Part shown: piece after piece, positions 31,353 through 37,932 of the stretch
Layout: the number at the start of each line of letters is the position of its first letter
Numbering within the stretch: position 1 is the first letter of the stretch
IMG/VR virus record: IMGVR_UViG_3300025678_000001
Source of the DNA: a virus
Lineage: Duplodnaviria; Heunggongvirae; Uroviricota; Caudoviricetes
Strand: one strand, 5' to 3'
Length of the DNA stretch: 64,000 nucleotides
Program-made: the position numbers and the translations under genes
Notes under the pieces: model-generated
Seen by the model: the letters and a program-made list of their open reading frames with translations, nothing else
Database searches by the model: none
Told to the model about the DNA's origin: nothing

Positions 31353-31662
31353 TGATCTTCTTAAGACTCTTCAGATCATAAAGTGTCTCTGCAGTTTTGA
31401 ACCTAGCCGTTATCTGCTGCAGACCTTTTAGTCTATTGGACTCTTCAAACTGTTCAAGCCTCATTATTTTTTCATCCAGTTTCCAGTGCTTTACTACGAA
31501 GTCACCGAGATTAGTGACATGTACGCGTGAGTGTTTCAAACCGGATAAAGCTTTCCGAACCTCCCTCCAGTAGTGATTGATGATGACCATTGCCACATCG
31601 GGTGAGATGTCTACTTCCGTAGCTACCTGGGGAACCAGGTCTTTAGCTTTGATTGGTCTCAA
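31243..31662 (-). CDS. hypothetical protein
   Basis: 139-aa ORF. Confidence 0.4.
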   Translation of the reverse strand: MRPIKAKDLVPQVATEVDISPDVAMVIINHYWREVRKALSGLKHSRVHVTNLGDFVVKHWKLDEKIMRLEQFEESNRLKGLQQITARFKTAETLYDLKSLKKIIEEENQRAEFIKLHKKTSYVTKGEPDQDLEEQGSDT

Positions 31663-32014
31663 CGCTTAGGAATTTATAGTCAAGCAGAATGTTACCTTTT
31701 GCATGGATCTTCAGTTCAGGGTTCAGATAGATCTTCTTCTTATTCTTACCCTCTTTCTTGATAAGGTTTTTCTTTTCTGCCTTTGTTAAACAGTTACGTA
31801 CAGACTGAGTGGATGAAAAGATTGCACTCTTTGAAGCATTGTTACAAAACTGGGTAAGCTCTTGCTCCCCACTTATTGCAAGCATGGTAAGACAGTTCAG
31901 ATCAGCCTCACTTACAGATATCTTGGTCAGGTAACAATGAGTCATCAGCTGGTACTTTACAATGTCCCAGAGATTCATTCTTACTCTTTTATCAACCTGG
32001 TTTACTAGTGCCAT
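31643..32014 (-). CDS. hypothetical protein
   Basis: 123-aa ORF. Confidence 0.45.
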   Translation of the reverse strand: MALVNQVDKRVRMNLWDIVKYQLMTHCYLTKISVSEADLNCLTMLAISGEQELTQFCNNASKSAIFSSTQSVRNCLTKAEKKNLIKKEGKNKKKIYLNPELKIHAKGNILLDYKFLSVETNQS

Positions 32015-32015
32015 G

Positions 32016-32447
32016 TTACAAATCCATTTTAAAAAACATGTAGTCTTCTCCTGTACCTCCCCAGTTTACATGCAGAACTACTGGTGTAGCTCCAAGGTTC
32101 TCGAAGATGTGCCAGCTCTTTCCTTTCCTGGCCTCTCCAGTTACATGCTTAAACCCAAACTCTTTAGCCCATTCCAGACCGGCTCTGACTATTTTGTAAC
32201 CAAGACCTTTTCCTTGAAAGGCCGGGAGTACAGTGAAACTGTCAATGTGAGCCACGTTATCACTCTCCCAGCTAAAAAGGATCTCAGCTACTATTTCAGA
32301 TCGGTCAACAAGCCAGATACCCTGAAACTTGTCTTCCTGGGTAAGCATGTACAACTTGTACTTATCATCCCATCGAAGCTCTTTGGGATGCTCGCGTTCA
32401 AACTTGAAAGTCTCTTTGTAGTCTTTGAGTTTGTACAGGATCTTCAT
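32016..32447 (-). CDS. GNAT-family N-acetyltransferase
   Basis: motif A FQGKGLGYKIVRAGLEWAKEFGF (Q/RxxGxG) in a 143-aa ORF. Confidence 0.7.
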   Translation of the reverse strand: MKILYKLKDYKETFKFEREHPKELRWDDKYKLYMLTQEDKFQGIWLVDRSEIVAEILFSWESDNVAHIDSFTVLPAFQGKGLGYKIVRAGLEWAKEFGFKHVTGEARKGKSWHIFENLGATPVVLHVNWGGTGEDYMFFKMDL

Positions 32448-32448
32448 A

Positions 32449-32844
32449 TTACTTTTTCAGTGTTCGTTCTTTTTTCTGCTCCTGCTCATTAGGGATGATC
32501 ACTTCCTCACCAACGGTTAATCCCATCTCAGCCAGTTCCGGATTGTTATCCAGATCTTCCTGGGTAATCTTATGAGGAGTTCCTCCCTGATAAGGATCCG
32601 GATCTGGTTTAGGGTTCGTGATCTGGGCAATAAAAGTCAACGCTTTTAGCTCCTCGGCCCTGGACACAGCTAAACGTGTGTTCAGATCCTGGAGCTCAAC
32701 CTGGACTTTTTTTACTTCGATCTGTTCTTGGAAAAACTTGAGGATTTCCTCCCTGGTAGGGGCAGTCTTTTCCTCGGTGGGAGTTACATTGTCCTTAGAC
32801 ATAGGGCGTGGGTTTTTTAGGTGTTTAGAAATTCGGGCTATCAT
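32449..32844 (-). CDS. hypothetical protein
   Basis: 131-aa ORF. Confidence 0.45.
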   Translation of the reverse strand: MIARISKHLKNPRPMSKDNVTPTEEKTAPTREEILKFFQEQIEVKKVQVELQDLNTRLAVSRAEELKALTFIAQITNPKPDPDPYQGGTPHKITQEDLDNNPELAEMGLTVGEEVIIPNEQEQKKERTLKK

Positions 32845-33118
32845 CTGACTCTACCCCATGGTAGGCCAGAAACTTATGTTCAAACTCTTCAAACGGAGTG
32901 TCAATGATCAGATGGTCGTCGTTCTTCATGAACAATGTGGTACATCCGCATGTCATCTCACCCTCATCATCTGAGGTAAGCTTAATACTTCTTACATCTT
33001 CCAAGAGAAACACAAAGTCCAGCCATTTACCTTTGTCGGTAATGTTCATGTCCTCAGCTTCTTTTGGATCCATGGAGTAGCAATGAAGCCTACACTTATG
33101 AAGCTTTAGAGTTTTCAT
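32825..33118 (-). CDS. hypothetical protein
   Basis: 97-aa ORF. Confidence 0.45.
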   Translation of the reverse strand: MKTLKLHKCRLHCYSMDPKEAEDMNITDKGKWLDFVFLLEDVRSIKLTSDDEGEMTCGCTTLFMKNDDHLIIDTPFEEFEHKFLAYHGVESDDSPNF

Positions 33119-33333
33119 TAGAGTACGGATTTGTTTTTCTTAGAAACATGGTACTGGTTATACCGCATATACTTGCTCTGGTTGGAGGCCTTGAGGATCT
33201 GGGTTGCCAGGGCACGTTCGGCTTCACCATCCCGGACATCTACTACGGGAACGTAGATCTTCTGTCCGTACTTATTTACAGTCTCTCTGAAATAGGATAA
33301 CTGGGTTTGATCGTCTAATGATTGGTTTTCCAT
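33118..33333 (-). CDS. hypothetical protein (first gene of the minus-strand operon)
   Basis: 71-aa ORF; the TTCTACAA-N7-TTGTAGAA dyad lies just upstream. Confidence 0.4.
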   Translation of the reverse strand: MENQSLDDQTQLSYFRETVNKYGQKIYVPVVDVRDGEAERALATQILKASNQSKYMRYNQYHVSKKNKSVL

Positions 33334-33381
33334 AGTGTAATAAGTTAAGGTTACAGTATAATATACTTAATAAGTTTAAAC

Positions 33382-33404
33382 TCTACAAATTTATCTTGTA
33401 GAAC
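33382..33404. promoter_or_regulatory. dyad operator TCTACAA-N7-TTGTAGA(AC) upstream of the structural operon and downstream of hxlR
   Basis: same half-sites and 7-nt spacer as the 6782 dyad. Confidence 0.45.
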
Positions 33405-33533
33405 TTATAAAAAGTACACAAACTTATACACTATGTGTGGATATGTAAGCGTTGAGGAAGTACAAAGAAAGCCGGTTACTTGGAGAGATGCAAGTACCCG
33501 GGCCCTAAATATCTTAGAGAGGTTAGGTGGTAA

Positions 33534-33920
33534 CTAGGCAGAAAGCTGTTCCTTTTCTAATAAGACAATGATGTCTTCTGGGAGATTGTGCTTCTTATGA
33601 TGCTTGTAGAAATAGTTCACCAGGGCTTTGTGGTAGACCTCCTGGGCATGCGTGAGAGGTTTGGTATCCTCATGAAGTTCATAGGTAACTTTTACCGGTA
33701 TGGTCTGGTACTGCTTTCGTACAACCAGCTCATATTCTTCCAGATCTTTTAAGGTCTCACTGAGGACTTTGACAGATATATCCGGGAGCTTGCGTTTGAG
33801 TTCAGAGAATCTCATGGGGCCCTGGCGTAGGTGCCAGATAACTACTGCTCTCCACTTTTTGCCCCACATCTCGGAGGCTAGGTTCATCAGGTAAGCTGCT
33901 AACATATGATTACAACACAA
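33534..33920 (-). CDS. HxlR-family winged-helix transcriptional regulator
   Basis: WGKKWRAVVIWHLRQGPMRFSELKRKLPDISVKVLSETLKDLEEYELVVRKQYQTIPVKVTYELHE matches the HxlR/DUF24 signature (WxxxILxxLxxGPxRFxEL...IxxKxLxxxLKxLExxGLVxR...P..VEYxLT). Confidence 0.8.
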   Translation of the reverse strand: MCCNHMLAAYLMNLASEMWGKKWRAVVIWHLRQGPMRFSELKRKLPDISVKVLSETLKDLEEYELVVRKQYQTIPVKVTYELHEDTKPLTHAQEVYHKALVNYFYKHHKKHNLPEDIIVLLEKEQLSA

Positions 33921-34048
33921 TAAACAAAACTCAGCAGTAGTAGTTGTCTTTAGAGTGGACTATTTCTCACTGAGGTAAGTAGATTACTAAGGGGTAATAC
34001 TTAGTAAAATTAATCAGTGTCAGCTTATATACAACTGATTCTTATCAG

Positions 34049-34120
34049 TTTCCTCCCCTGGGTACGATCCAGGAACTGCAGGGCCAAAACCTGCCGTGAT
34101 ACCAGTTTCACCAAAAGGAA
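34049..34120 (-). tRNA. tRNA-Gln(UUG)
   Basis: T-arm CCTGG/ATCGTAC/CCAGG, anticodon arm GCAGG-UUUUGGC-CCUGC, acceptor pairs with two GU. Confidence 0.6.
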
Positions 34121-34126
34121 ATAGTG

Positions 34127-34198
34127 GGTGTAAGGACGGTACCGACCCGTCTTCCCCAGGTCCACAACCTGGTGCATCACCTTAATGCTTCAAACACC
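34127..34198 (-). tRNA. tRNA-His(GUG)-like, encoded G-1/C73, two U-U mismatches in the acceptor stem
   Basis: anticodon arm CCAGG-UUGUGGA-CCUGG; T-arm GACGG/GTCGGTA/CCGTC; extra 5-prime G opposite C73. Confidence 0.45.
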
Positions 34199-34203
34199 AT
34201 AAG

Positions 34204-34275
34204 AGCCTTCTACCGGAACCGACCCGGTAAGTCCTGTTTACAAGACAGGCAGTTTTCCAGTTAGCTTAAGAAGGC
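34204..34275 (-). tRNA. tRNA-Thr(UGU)
   Basis: perfect 7-bp acceptor (GCCTTCT/AGAAGGC), T-arm ACCGG/GTCGGTT/CCGGT, anticodon loop CTTGTAA. Confidence 0.65.
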
Positions 34276-34280
34276 CTGTG

Positions 34281-34353
34281 TGGTACAGAGTGGTTACGAT
34301 CCACTTCCCCCGGTTTTTCAGACCGGTGCTTCTACCAAGTTAGCTTCTGCACC
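34281..34353 (-). tRNA. tRNA-Phe(GAA)
   Basis: T-arm AGTGG/ATCGTAA/CCACT, anticodon arm CCGGT-CTGAAAA-ACCGG, acceptor with one GU. Confidence 0.65.
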
Positions 34354-34428
34354 AAGTAGGACTTTGTCAAAGCCGGCCACTCCTGCACAAAGAGGAGACC
34401 AGCTTGATCAGGTGTCCTGAAACCTTTG

Positions 34429-34501
34429 AGGTGGGTGGGAAACTCGAAGCCCCGTATGACTGTTTTGCGGACAGTTGCCTTACCATCTTGGCGAACCCAC
34501 C
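34429..34501 (-). tRNA. tRNA-Cys(GCA)-like (C33, weak T-stem)
   Basis: acceptor GGTGGGT/ACCCACC, D-arm GCC-AAGATGGTAA-GGC, anticodon loop CCGCAAA, T-loop TTCGAGT. Confidence 0.4.
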
Positions 34502-34507
34502 ATGTTG

Positions 34508-34579
34508 TCTAGCTGATCTGGATCGAACAGACGTAATCTTGCTCCCAAAGCAAGTGCCTTACCGCTAGGCTACAGCTAG
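34508..34579 (-). tRNA. tRNA-Pro(UGG)
   Basis: acceptor CTAGCTG/CAGCTAG, D-arm GCC-TAGCGGTAA-GGC, anticodon arm CTTGC-TTTGGGA-GCAAG, T-loop TTCGATC. Confidence 0.7.
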
Positions 34580-34617
34580 AAAAAGAAAACCCCCAAACCG
34601 TTTTACCAGTCTGGGGG
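34578..34617 (-). terminator. rho-independent terminator (minus strand)
   Basis: CCCCCA...TGGGGG hairpin followed on the minus strand by TTTTCTTTTTCT. Confidence 0.5.
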
Positions 34618-34757
34618 TTAGTATTTTGATTTTGTACTTCTTAACTCGTTGCTATGATCACTGTACATACACCAACACAACTACCCCCGCAGACCGGACA
34701 AGGTTGCGTAAACTGGGTAAACTGTGTATGGGTAGTAATCTTCTTCATCTACAATAC

Positions 34758-34789
34758 AAAGATACTACTTTTTGTAGAACTACCAAAAT
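34758..34789 (-). promoter_or_regulatory. minus-strand promoter (-33 TTTTG, N19, -7 TATCTTTG) overlapping the TTGTAGAAC box
   Basis: reverse complement of caaagata (34758-65) and caaaa (34785-89); ~130 nt upstream of the 34578-34617 terminator. Confidence 0.45.
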
Positions 34790-34797
34790 CTTTTTGC

Positions 34798-34870
34798 ACG
34801 GGCCCAGGGAAACGATCCCTGTCCATCCGAGGTTTTGGAGACCTGGTGCATACCATTATGCTGGCCCATG
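34798..34870 (-). tRNA. tRNA-Trp(CCA)-like
   Basis: T-arm CAGGG/ATCGTTT/CCCTG; anticodon loop CTCCAAA with a 27-43 mismatch; acceptor with GU. Confidence 0.45.
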
Positions 34871-34875
34871 TATGT

Positions 34876-34959
34876 GGGAAGTGAGTGAGTCGAACACCCC
34901 GAGTCCGTAGACAGCTGGTTTACAATCAGCCCCGCTACCACTTACGGTATAACTTCCCC
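34876..34959 (-). tRNA. tRNA-Tyr(GUA), class II (long variable arm)
   Basis: acceptor GGGAAGT/ACTTCCC, anticodon loop TTGTAAA, T-arm GGGTG/TTCGACT/CACTC, 84 nt. Confidence 0.55.
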
Positions 34960-35040
34960 TATTTCGCATATCCAGTCAGTAGTCTTTCCGTCAAAAGCTA
35001 TCAACCAGAGTATGCCGTTCATATTAACGATGTACATGCA

Positions 35041-35123
35041 GAGAGCAGAGTAGTCGAAACCCACCCCGGTTAAGGAGCCCACTGTTTAGCAAACAGGTCT
35101 GACCACCTAGTCAGTTTACTCTC
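35041..35123 (-). tRNA. tRNA-Ser(GCU)-like, class II, T-arm poorly formed
   Basis: anticodon arm CCTGT-TTGCTAA-ACAGT, D-arm CTGAC-TAGGTG-GTCAG, acceptor GAGAGTA/TGCTCTC. Confidence 0.4.
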
Positions 35124-35129
35124 TAGATG

Positions 35130-35221
35130 CGGAAGGCAGAGGAACCGACCCCCATGCCCGTGTAAGGGGCAGCCTAGTTTTCAAGACTAGTCGCCACTCC
35201 AATGTAGCTGCATTACCTTCC
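35130..35221 (-). tRNA. tRNA-Ser(UGA), class II
   Basis: acceptor GGAAGGT/GCCTTCC, anticodon arm CTAGT-CTTGAAA-ACTAG, variable-arm hairpin, T-loop GTCGGTT. Confidence 0.6.
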
Positions 35222-35226
35222 ATGTA

Positions 35227-35313
35227 GTACCGGTGGAGGGGGATGATCCCACACGATCCTTTCGGATCACAAGATTTTAAGTCTTGCGTGTCTGCCTATT
35301 TCACCACACCGGC
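35227..35313 (-). tRNA. tRNA-Leu(UAA), class II
   Basis: anticodon arm CAAGA-CTTAAAA-TCTTG, variable-arm hairpin GATCC-GAAA-GGATC, acceptor GCCGGTG/CACCGGT. Confidence 0.55.
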
Positions 35314-35394
35314 AGTTGTCTGGACTCTCACCATAGCAGTCAGGGATTTCAGGTCCCCAGGTGTGCATTCAATTCGTCCCACCTTCTGACATCG

Positions 35395-35477
35395 TACCTC
35401 TGACAGGCCTCGAACCTGCACCCGTTTCCGGACTAGATCCTAAGTCTAGCGTGTCTCCCAAGTTTCACCACAGAGGT
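35395..35477 (-). tRNA. tRNA-Leu(UAG), class II
   Basis: perfect acceptor ACCTCTG/CAGAGGT, T-arm GCAGG/TTCGAGG/CCTGT, anticodon arm CTAGA-CTTAGGA-TCTAG. Confidence 0.65.
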
Positions 35478-35518
35478 ATAAAAACCAAAATCCCGACCAG
35501 GAAAACCTAATCGGGATT
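35478..35518 (-). terminator. rho-independent terminator (minus strand)
   Basis: 8-bp stem AATCCCGA/TCGGGATT followed on the minus strand by TTTGGTTTTTAT. Confidence 0.5.
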
Positions 35519-35673
35519 GGAAACTTTTTCAGTAACTACATACCTCACCCGATTGGTTTATGCAACCAATACAGACTGAGTGAGGATAGAGTAAACTGCT
35601 TCATAAAAATTTGGTGGATGGTCACCCCACTTGTTTTAATCTAAACAAGAAATCATCGGTCGGTTACGTTAAC

Positions 35674-35735
35674 TTCTCAGCTTGAACGCCTGTCGTGTGA
35701 CCTTTCAGCTTTCACGCCTGTTAAGAGGCTTTACC
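35674..35735. repeat. imperfect direct repeat CAGCTT(G/T)(A/C)ACGCCTGT x2, spaced 29 nt
   Basis: cagcttgaacgcctgt and cagctttcacgcctgt inside the short promoter-to-terminator unit. Confidence 0.35.
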
Positions 35736-35748
35736 GACCATCACAATA

Positions 35749-35780
35749 CAAATATACAACTCTTTTGGAGTTCTACAAAA
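35749..35780 (-). promoter_or_regulatory. minus-strand promoter (-33 TTTTG in TTTTGTAGAAC, N19, -7 TATATTTG)
   Basis: reverse complement of caaatata (35749-56) and caaaa (35776-80); transcribes a ~230-nt ORF-free segment ending at the 35478-35518 terminator. Confidence 0.45.
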
Positions 35781-35788
35781 TATTTTTG

Positions 35789-35864
35789 TGGAGACTCTGG
35801 AACTTGAATCCAGCTGATATCCTGCTTGCAAGGCAGGTGTCCACTCCTGGCAGACCCAGTCCCC
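35789..35864 (-). tRNA. tRNA-Ala(UGC)
   Basis: T-arm CTGGA/TTCAAGT/TCCAG, anticodon arm CCTGC-CTTGCAA-GCAGG. Confidence 0.6.
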
Positions 35865-35870
35865 ATGCTG

Positions 35871-35942
35871 TACTCTCGGGTGGTAACGATCCACCTACCT
35901 TCTCCGTATCAGGGAGCTACTCTACCATTGAGCTACGAGAGT
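35871..35942 (-). tRNA. tRNA-Ile(GAU)
   Basis: perfect acceptor ACTCTCG/CGAGAGT, T-arm GGTGG/ATCGTTA/CCACC, anticodon loop CTGATAC. Confidence 0.65.
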
Positions 35943-35947
35943 ATAAG

Positions 35948-36020
35948 TTGATCCGGGTGGGTACGATCCACCGACCTTGACGTTATGAGCGTCCTGCTAC
36001 TACCACTGAGCTACGGATCA
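35948..36020 (-). tRNA. tRNA-Met(CAU)
   Basis: perfect acceptor TGATCCG/CGGATCA, T-arm GGTGG/ATCGTAC/CCACC, anticodon loop CTCATAA. Confidence 0.6.
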
Positions 36021-36025
36021 GTATG

Positions 36026-36099
36026 CGGTCCGTACCGGGATCAAACCGGTCATCTCTGGCGTGACAAGCCAGCGTCTTCATCGTGCAGACCCACGGACC
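36026..36099 (-). tRNA. tRNA-Asp(GUC)
   Basis: perfect acceptor GGTCCGT/ACGGACC, T-arm ACCGG/TTTGATC/CCGGT, anticodon arm CTGGC-TTGTCAC-GCCAG. Confidence 0.7.
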
Positions 36100-36105
36100 A
36101 AATAG

Positions 36106-36180
36106 TACCCCCACCGGAGATCGAATCCGGTTCTTCACCGTGAAAGGGTGGCGTCCTGTACCTTCTAGACGATAGGGGCA
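36106..36180 (-). tRNA. tRNA-Glu(UUC)
   Basis: the sequence GCCCCTATCGTCTAGAAGGTACAGGACGCCACCCTTTCACGGTG...TTCGATC... closely parallels canonical bacterial tRNA-Glu. Confidence 0.65.
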
Positions 36181-36259
36181 AATTGGAGGCTTAGGACTCC
36201 ATCATCCTCCTTGAGATCCCGGCGTCCTTCTACTTTTTATAGTACGGATCTCTTTTACG

Positions 36260-36331
36260 AGCAGCATCTCGGGGTCGATCCGAGTTCTCCGGTTTGGAAG
36301 ACCGGCACATCAGCCCTAATGCTTATGCTGC
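36260..36331 (-). tRNA. tRNA-Gly(UCC)
   Basis: perfect acceptor GCAGCAT/ATGCTGC, T-arm CTCGG/ATCGACC/CCGAG, anticodon arm CCGGT-CTTCCAA-ACCGG. Confidence 0.7.
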
Positions 36332-36445
36332 ATGAAAGAACAGAGCTCCAGGGGAATCTCACCCGTCTGTCCGGAACAGACCTCACTGCCTTTTACTATG
36401 TACGGTATTTACTCGTACACAACAGCTACCTGAAGATGATCTTGG

Positions 36446-36515
36446 TTGCGGGGCCGGGATTTGAACCCGGGAAACACGGCTTATGAGACCGGTCGGCCAC
36501 CTGGCTCCCCACAAT
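36446..36515 (-). tRNA. tRNA-like gene, anticodon arm unresolved
   Basis: canonical T-arm CCGGG/TTCAAAT/CCCGG and acceptor pairing TGTGGGG/CCCCGCA, but the interior is 2 nt short of a standard cloverleaf. Confidence 0.3.
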
Positions 36516-36522
36516 AAAACTG

Positions 36523-36595
36523 CGGACTCTCCGGGGAACGATCCTGGAACCTTCACCTTAACAGGGTGCCGCTCTACCAGTTGAGCTAAGAGTCC
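36523..36595 (-). tRNA. tRNA-Asn(GUU)
   Basis: perfect acceptor GGACTCT/AGAGTCC, D-arm AGCTCAACTGGTAGAGCG, anticodon loop CTGTTAA, T-loop ATCGTTC. Confidence 0.7.
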
Positions 36596-36596
36596 G

Positions 36597-36668
36597 TATA
36601 CTTAGAAGGATTCCAACCTTCACTTTCAGTTTAGAAGACTGACGTGCTAAGCATTACACCATAAGTAC
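36597..36668 (-). tRNA. tRNA-Arg(UCU)
   Basis: T-arm GAAGG/TTGGAAT/CCTTC, anticodon arm TCAGT-CTTCTAA-ACTGA. Confidence 0.65.
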
Positions 36669-36676
36669 ATATCTGG

Positions 36677-36747
36677 AAGACCCGGAGGTAGTCGAAACCC
36701 CATCATCACGTTCGTAGCGTGATATCCTTCCATTGAACGACGGGTCC
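36677..36747 (-). tRNA. tRNA-Arg(ACG)
   Basis: acceptor GGACCCG/CGGGTCT, T-arm GGGGT/TTCGACT/ACCTC, anticodon arm TCACG-CTACGAA-CGTGA. Confidence 0.65.
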
Positions 36748-36802
36748 TTGTTAAGACCGTCTTCGGTAATATGTACTGTAGTGTGTCATGTCTTCTGTCT
36801 GG

Positions 36803-36876
36803 TAGCTCCTATCCGGGTCGAACGGATGCATTCTCGGTATGTAACACCGAAGCTCTACCACCTGAGCTAAGGAGCT
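36803..36876 (-). tRNA. tRNA-Val(UAC)
   Basis: perfect acceptor AGCTCCT/AGGAGCT, D-arm TAGCTCAGGTGGTAGAGCT, T-arm ATCCG/TTCGACC/CGGAT, anticodon loop GTTACAT. Confidence 0.7.
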
Positions 36877-36882
36877 ATTTGA

Positions 36883-36932
36883 AGCTCATTATTGAGCTTG
36901 AATGAGCTGAATATTGAGCTTAATCGGCTCAT
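36883..36932. promoter_or_regulatory. palindromic operator AGCTCA-N4-TGAGCT plus three phased TGAGCT half-sites
   Basis: AGCTCATTATTGAGCT at 36883-98; TGAGCT again at 36903, 36915; GGCTCA at 36927; lies between tRNA-Val and tRNA-Lys. Confidence 0.4.
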
Positions 36933-36940
36933 ATATCTTG

Positions 36941-37012
36941 TTCCCCCGTCCGGTAACGATCCGGACCCCACGGATTAAAAGTCCGTTGCCTACACCTGTT
37001 TGCTACGAGGGA
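36941..37012 (-). tRNA. tRNA-Lys(UUU)
   Basis: T-arm TCCGG/ATCGTTA/CCGGA, anticodon arm ACGGA-CTTTTAA-TCCGT, acceptor with one GU. Confidence 0.65.
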
Positions 37013-37050
37013 AAATAAAAAACCCCGGTAGCTGGTGCTCCGGGGTTCTT
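37011..37050. terminator. bidirectional hairpin terminator (strong T-tract on the minus strand)
   Basis: CCCCGG-N11-CCGGGG hairpin flanked by AAAATAAAAAA on one side and TTCTTGTTATCTT on the other. Confidence 0.5.
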
Positions 37051-37194
37051 GTTATCTTAAACTTACTTCTAGTTATCCTAGATCAGTACAGACAAATGAA
37101 CCCACGGAGCGTACCTTCTCATCCGCTCTGCGTTCCATAATGCCTATATTGACTGTAAGTAACATTTGCTGTGTAATAGTTTTATGTAGATCTC

Positions 37195-37235
37195 TGACCT
37201 ACAATACAAATATACGTTAGTTCTACAACATGACC
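37195..37235 (-). promoter_or_regulatory. conserved CTACAATACAAATATAC / GTTCTACAA box (candidate minus-strand promoter at the head of the tRNA array)
   Basis: -7-like TATATTTG on the minus strand (reverse complement of 37207-14) adjacent to GTTCTACAA. Confidence 0.4.
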
Positions 37236-37239
37236 AAAT

Positions 37240-37563
37240 TTATTTCATCGTTTTTCCTGAGAAAAGTTTGTCGAGTTCTCGTACAGCAATGTTGTACGCT
37301 ATCTGTTGAGCTTTCATTTGATCTGTCATTGAGTTATCCAGATCTGGTTTCAGTTCCTCTTCGTTTATAGGATCTATACCTACAATATAAGGTGGAGCTT
37401 CAGACTTATTCCGGATAGTCTTCTTTACCTGCTTACGACGGTTATAGTGTTTCCGAGGAAGTGGAATCTTCCAACTCCACTCATCTTGTAACCCGATCAC
37501 TATGCTCTTCTTACCTTTCCCAGGTCCGTCAAACGCCGGGTTGTGTTCTACTTCTATCTTCAT
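37240..37563 (-). CDS. hypothetical protein
   Basis: 107-aa ORF. Confidence 0.45.
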   Translation of the reverse strand: MKIEVEHNPAFDGPGKGKKSIVIGLQDEWSWKIPLPRKHYNRRKQVKKTIRNKSEAPPYIVGIDPINEEELKPDLDNSMTDQMKAQQIAYNIAVRELDKLFSGKTMK

Positions 37564-37738
37564 GCTTCCTCATTTTTCTGCGGGTACGTTTTTTATCTTT
37601 GATTATAGTCTTTGCCGGGCCCCACATCAGATAGGTTTCAACTGCTCTTTTCCATGCTTGTTCTCTTTCCTGTTCTTCCTCAGTCATCAAGCGTATAGCA
37701 CCGGATCTGTCTTTAAGCATGAGTACCTTGTTACTCAT
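37529..37738 (-). CDS. hypothetical small basic protein
   Basis: 69-aa ORF. Confidence 0.3.
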   Translation of the reverse strand: MSNKVLMLKDRSGAIRLMTEEEQEREQAWKRAVETYLMWGPAKTIIKDKKRTRRKMRKHEDRSRTQPGV

Positions 37739-37932
37739 TTCTGACCCTTTTTGGTATTGGAGCCCGGGTAAGCCTCGTTGAGTACTATCATCTTCTTAAG
37801 CTCATCTCTGTGTACCCACTGTACCTTACCCACCGCGGCATAGTACTTCCAGGCCATCTCATCCTGGGGGAGATCACCATTCTTATACAGCTCGACCACA
37901 CAAGCCAGGTCTGTATAGACTACTTCACTCAT
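37735..37932 (-). CDS. hypothetical small protein
   Basis: 65-aa ORF in a tightly packed array. Confidence 0.35.
   Translation of the reverse strand: MSEVVYTDLACVVELYKNGDLPQDEMAWKYYAAVGKVQWVHRDELKKMIVLNEAYPGSNTKKGQK

Noticed and set aside
34626-35073. Plus-strand ORFs of 62-94 aa inside the tRNA array
   Set aside because: They overlap multiple well-folded minus-strand tRNA genes and are almost certainly spurious.
36883-36932. Possible CRISPR-like array of TGAGCT repeats
   Set aside because: Repeats are only 6 bp with spacers of about 5-6 bp, irregular and palindromic. This is an operator cluster, not a CRISPR array.
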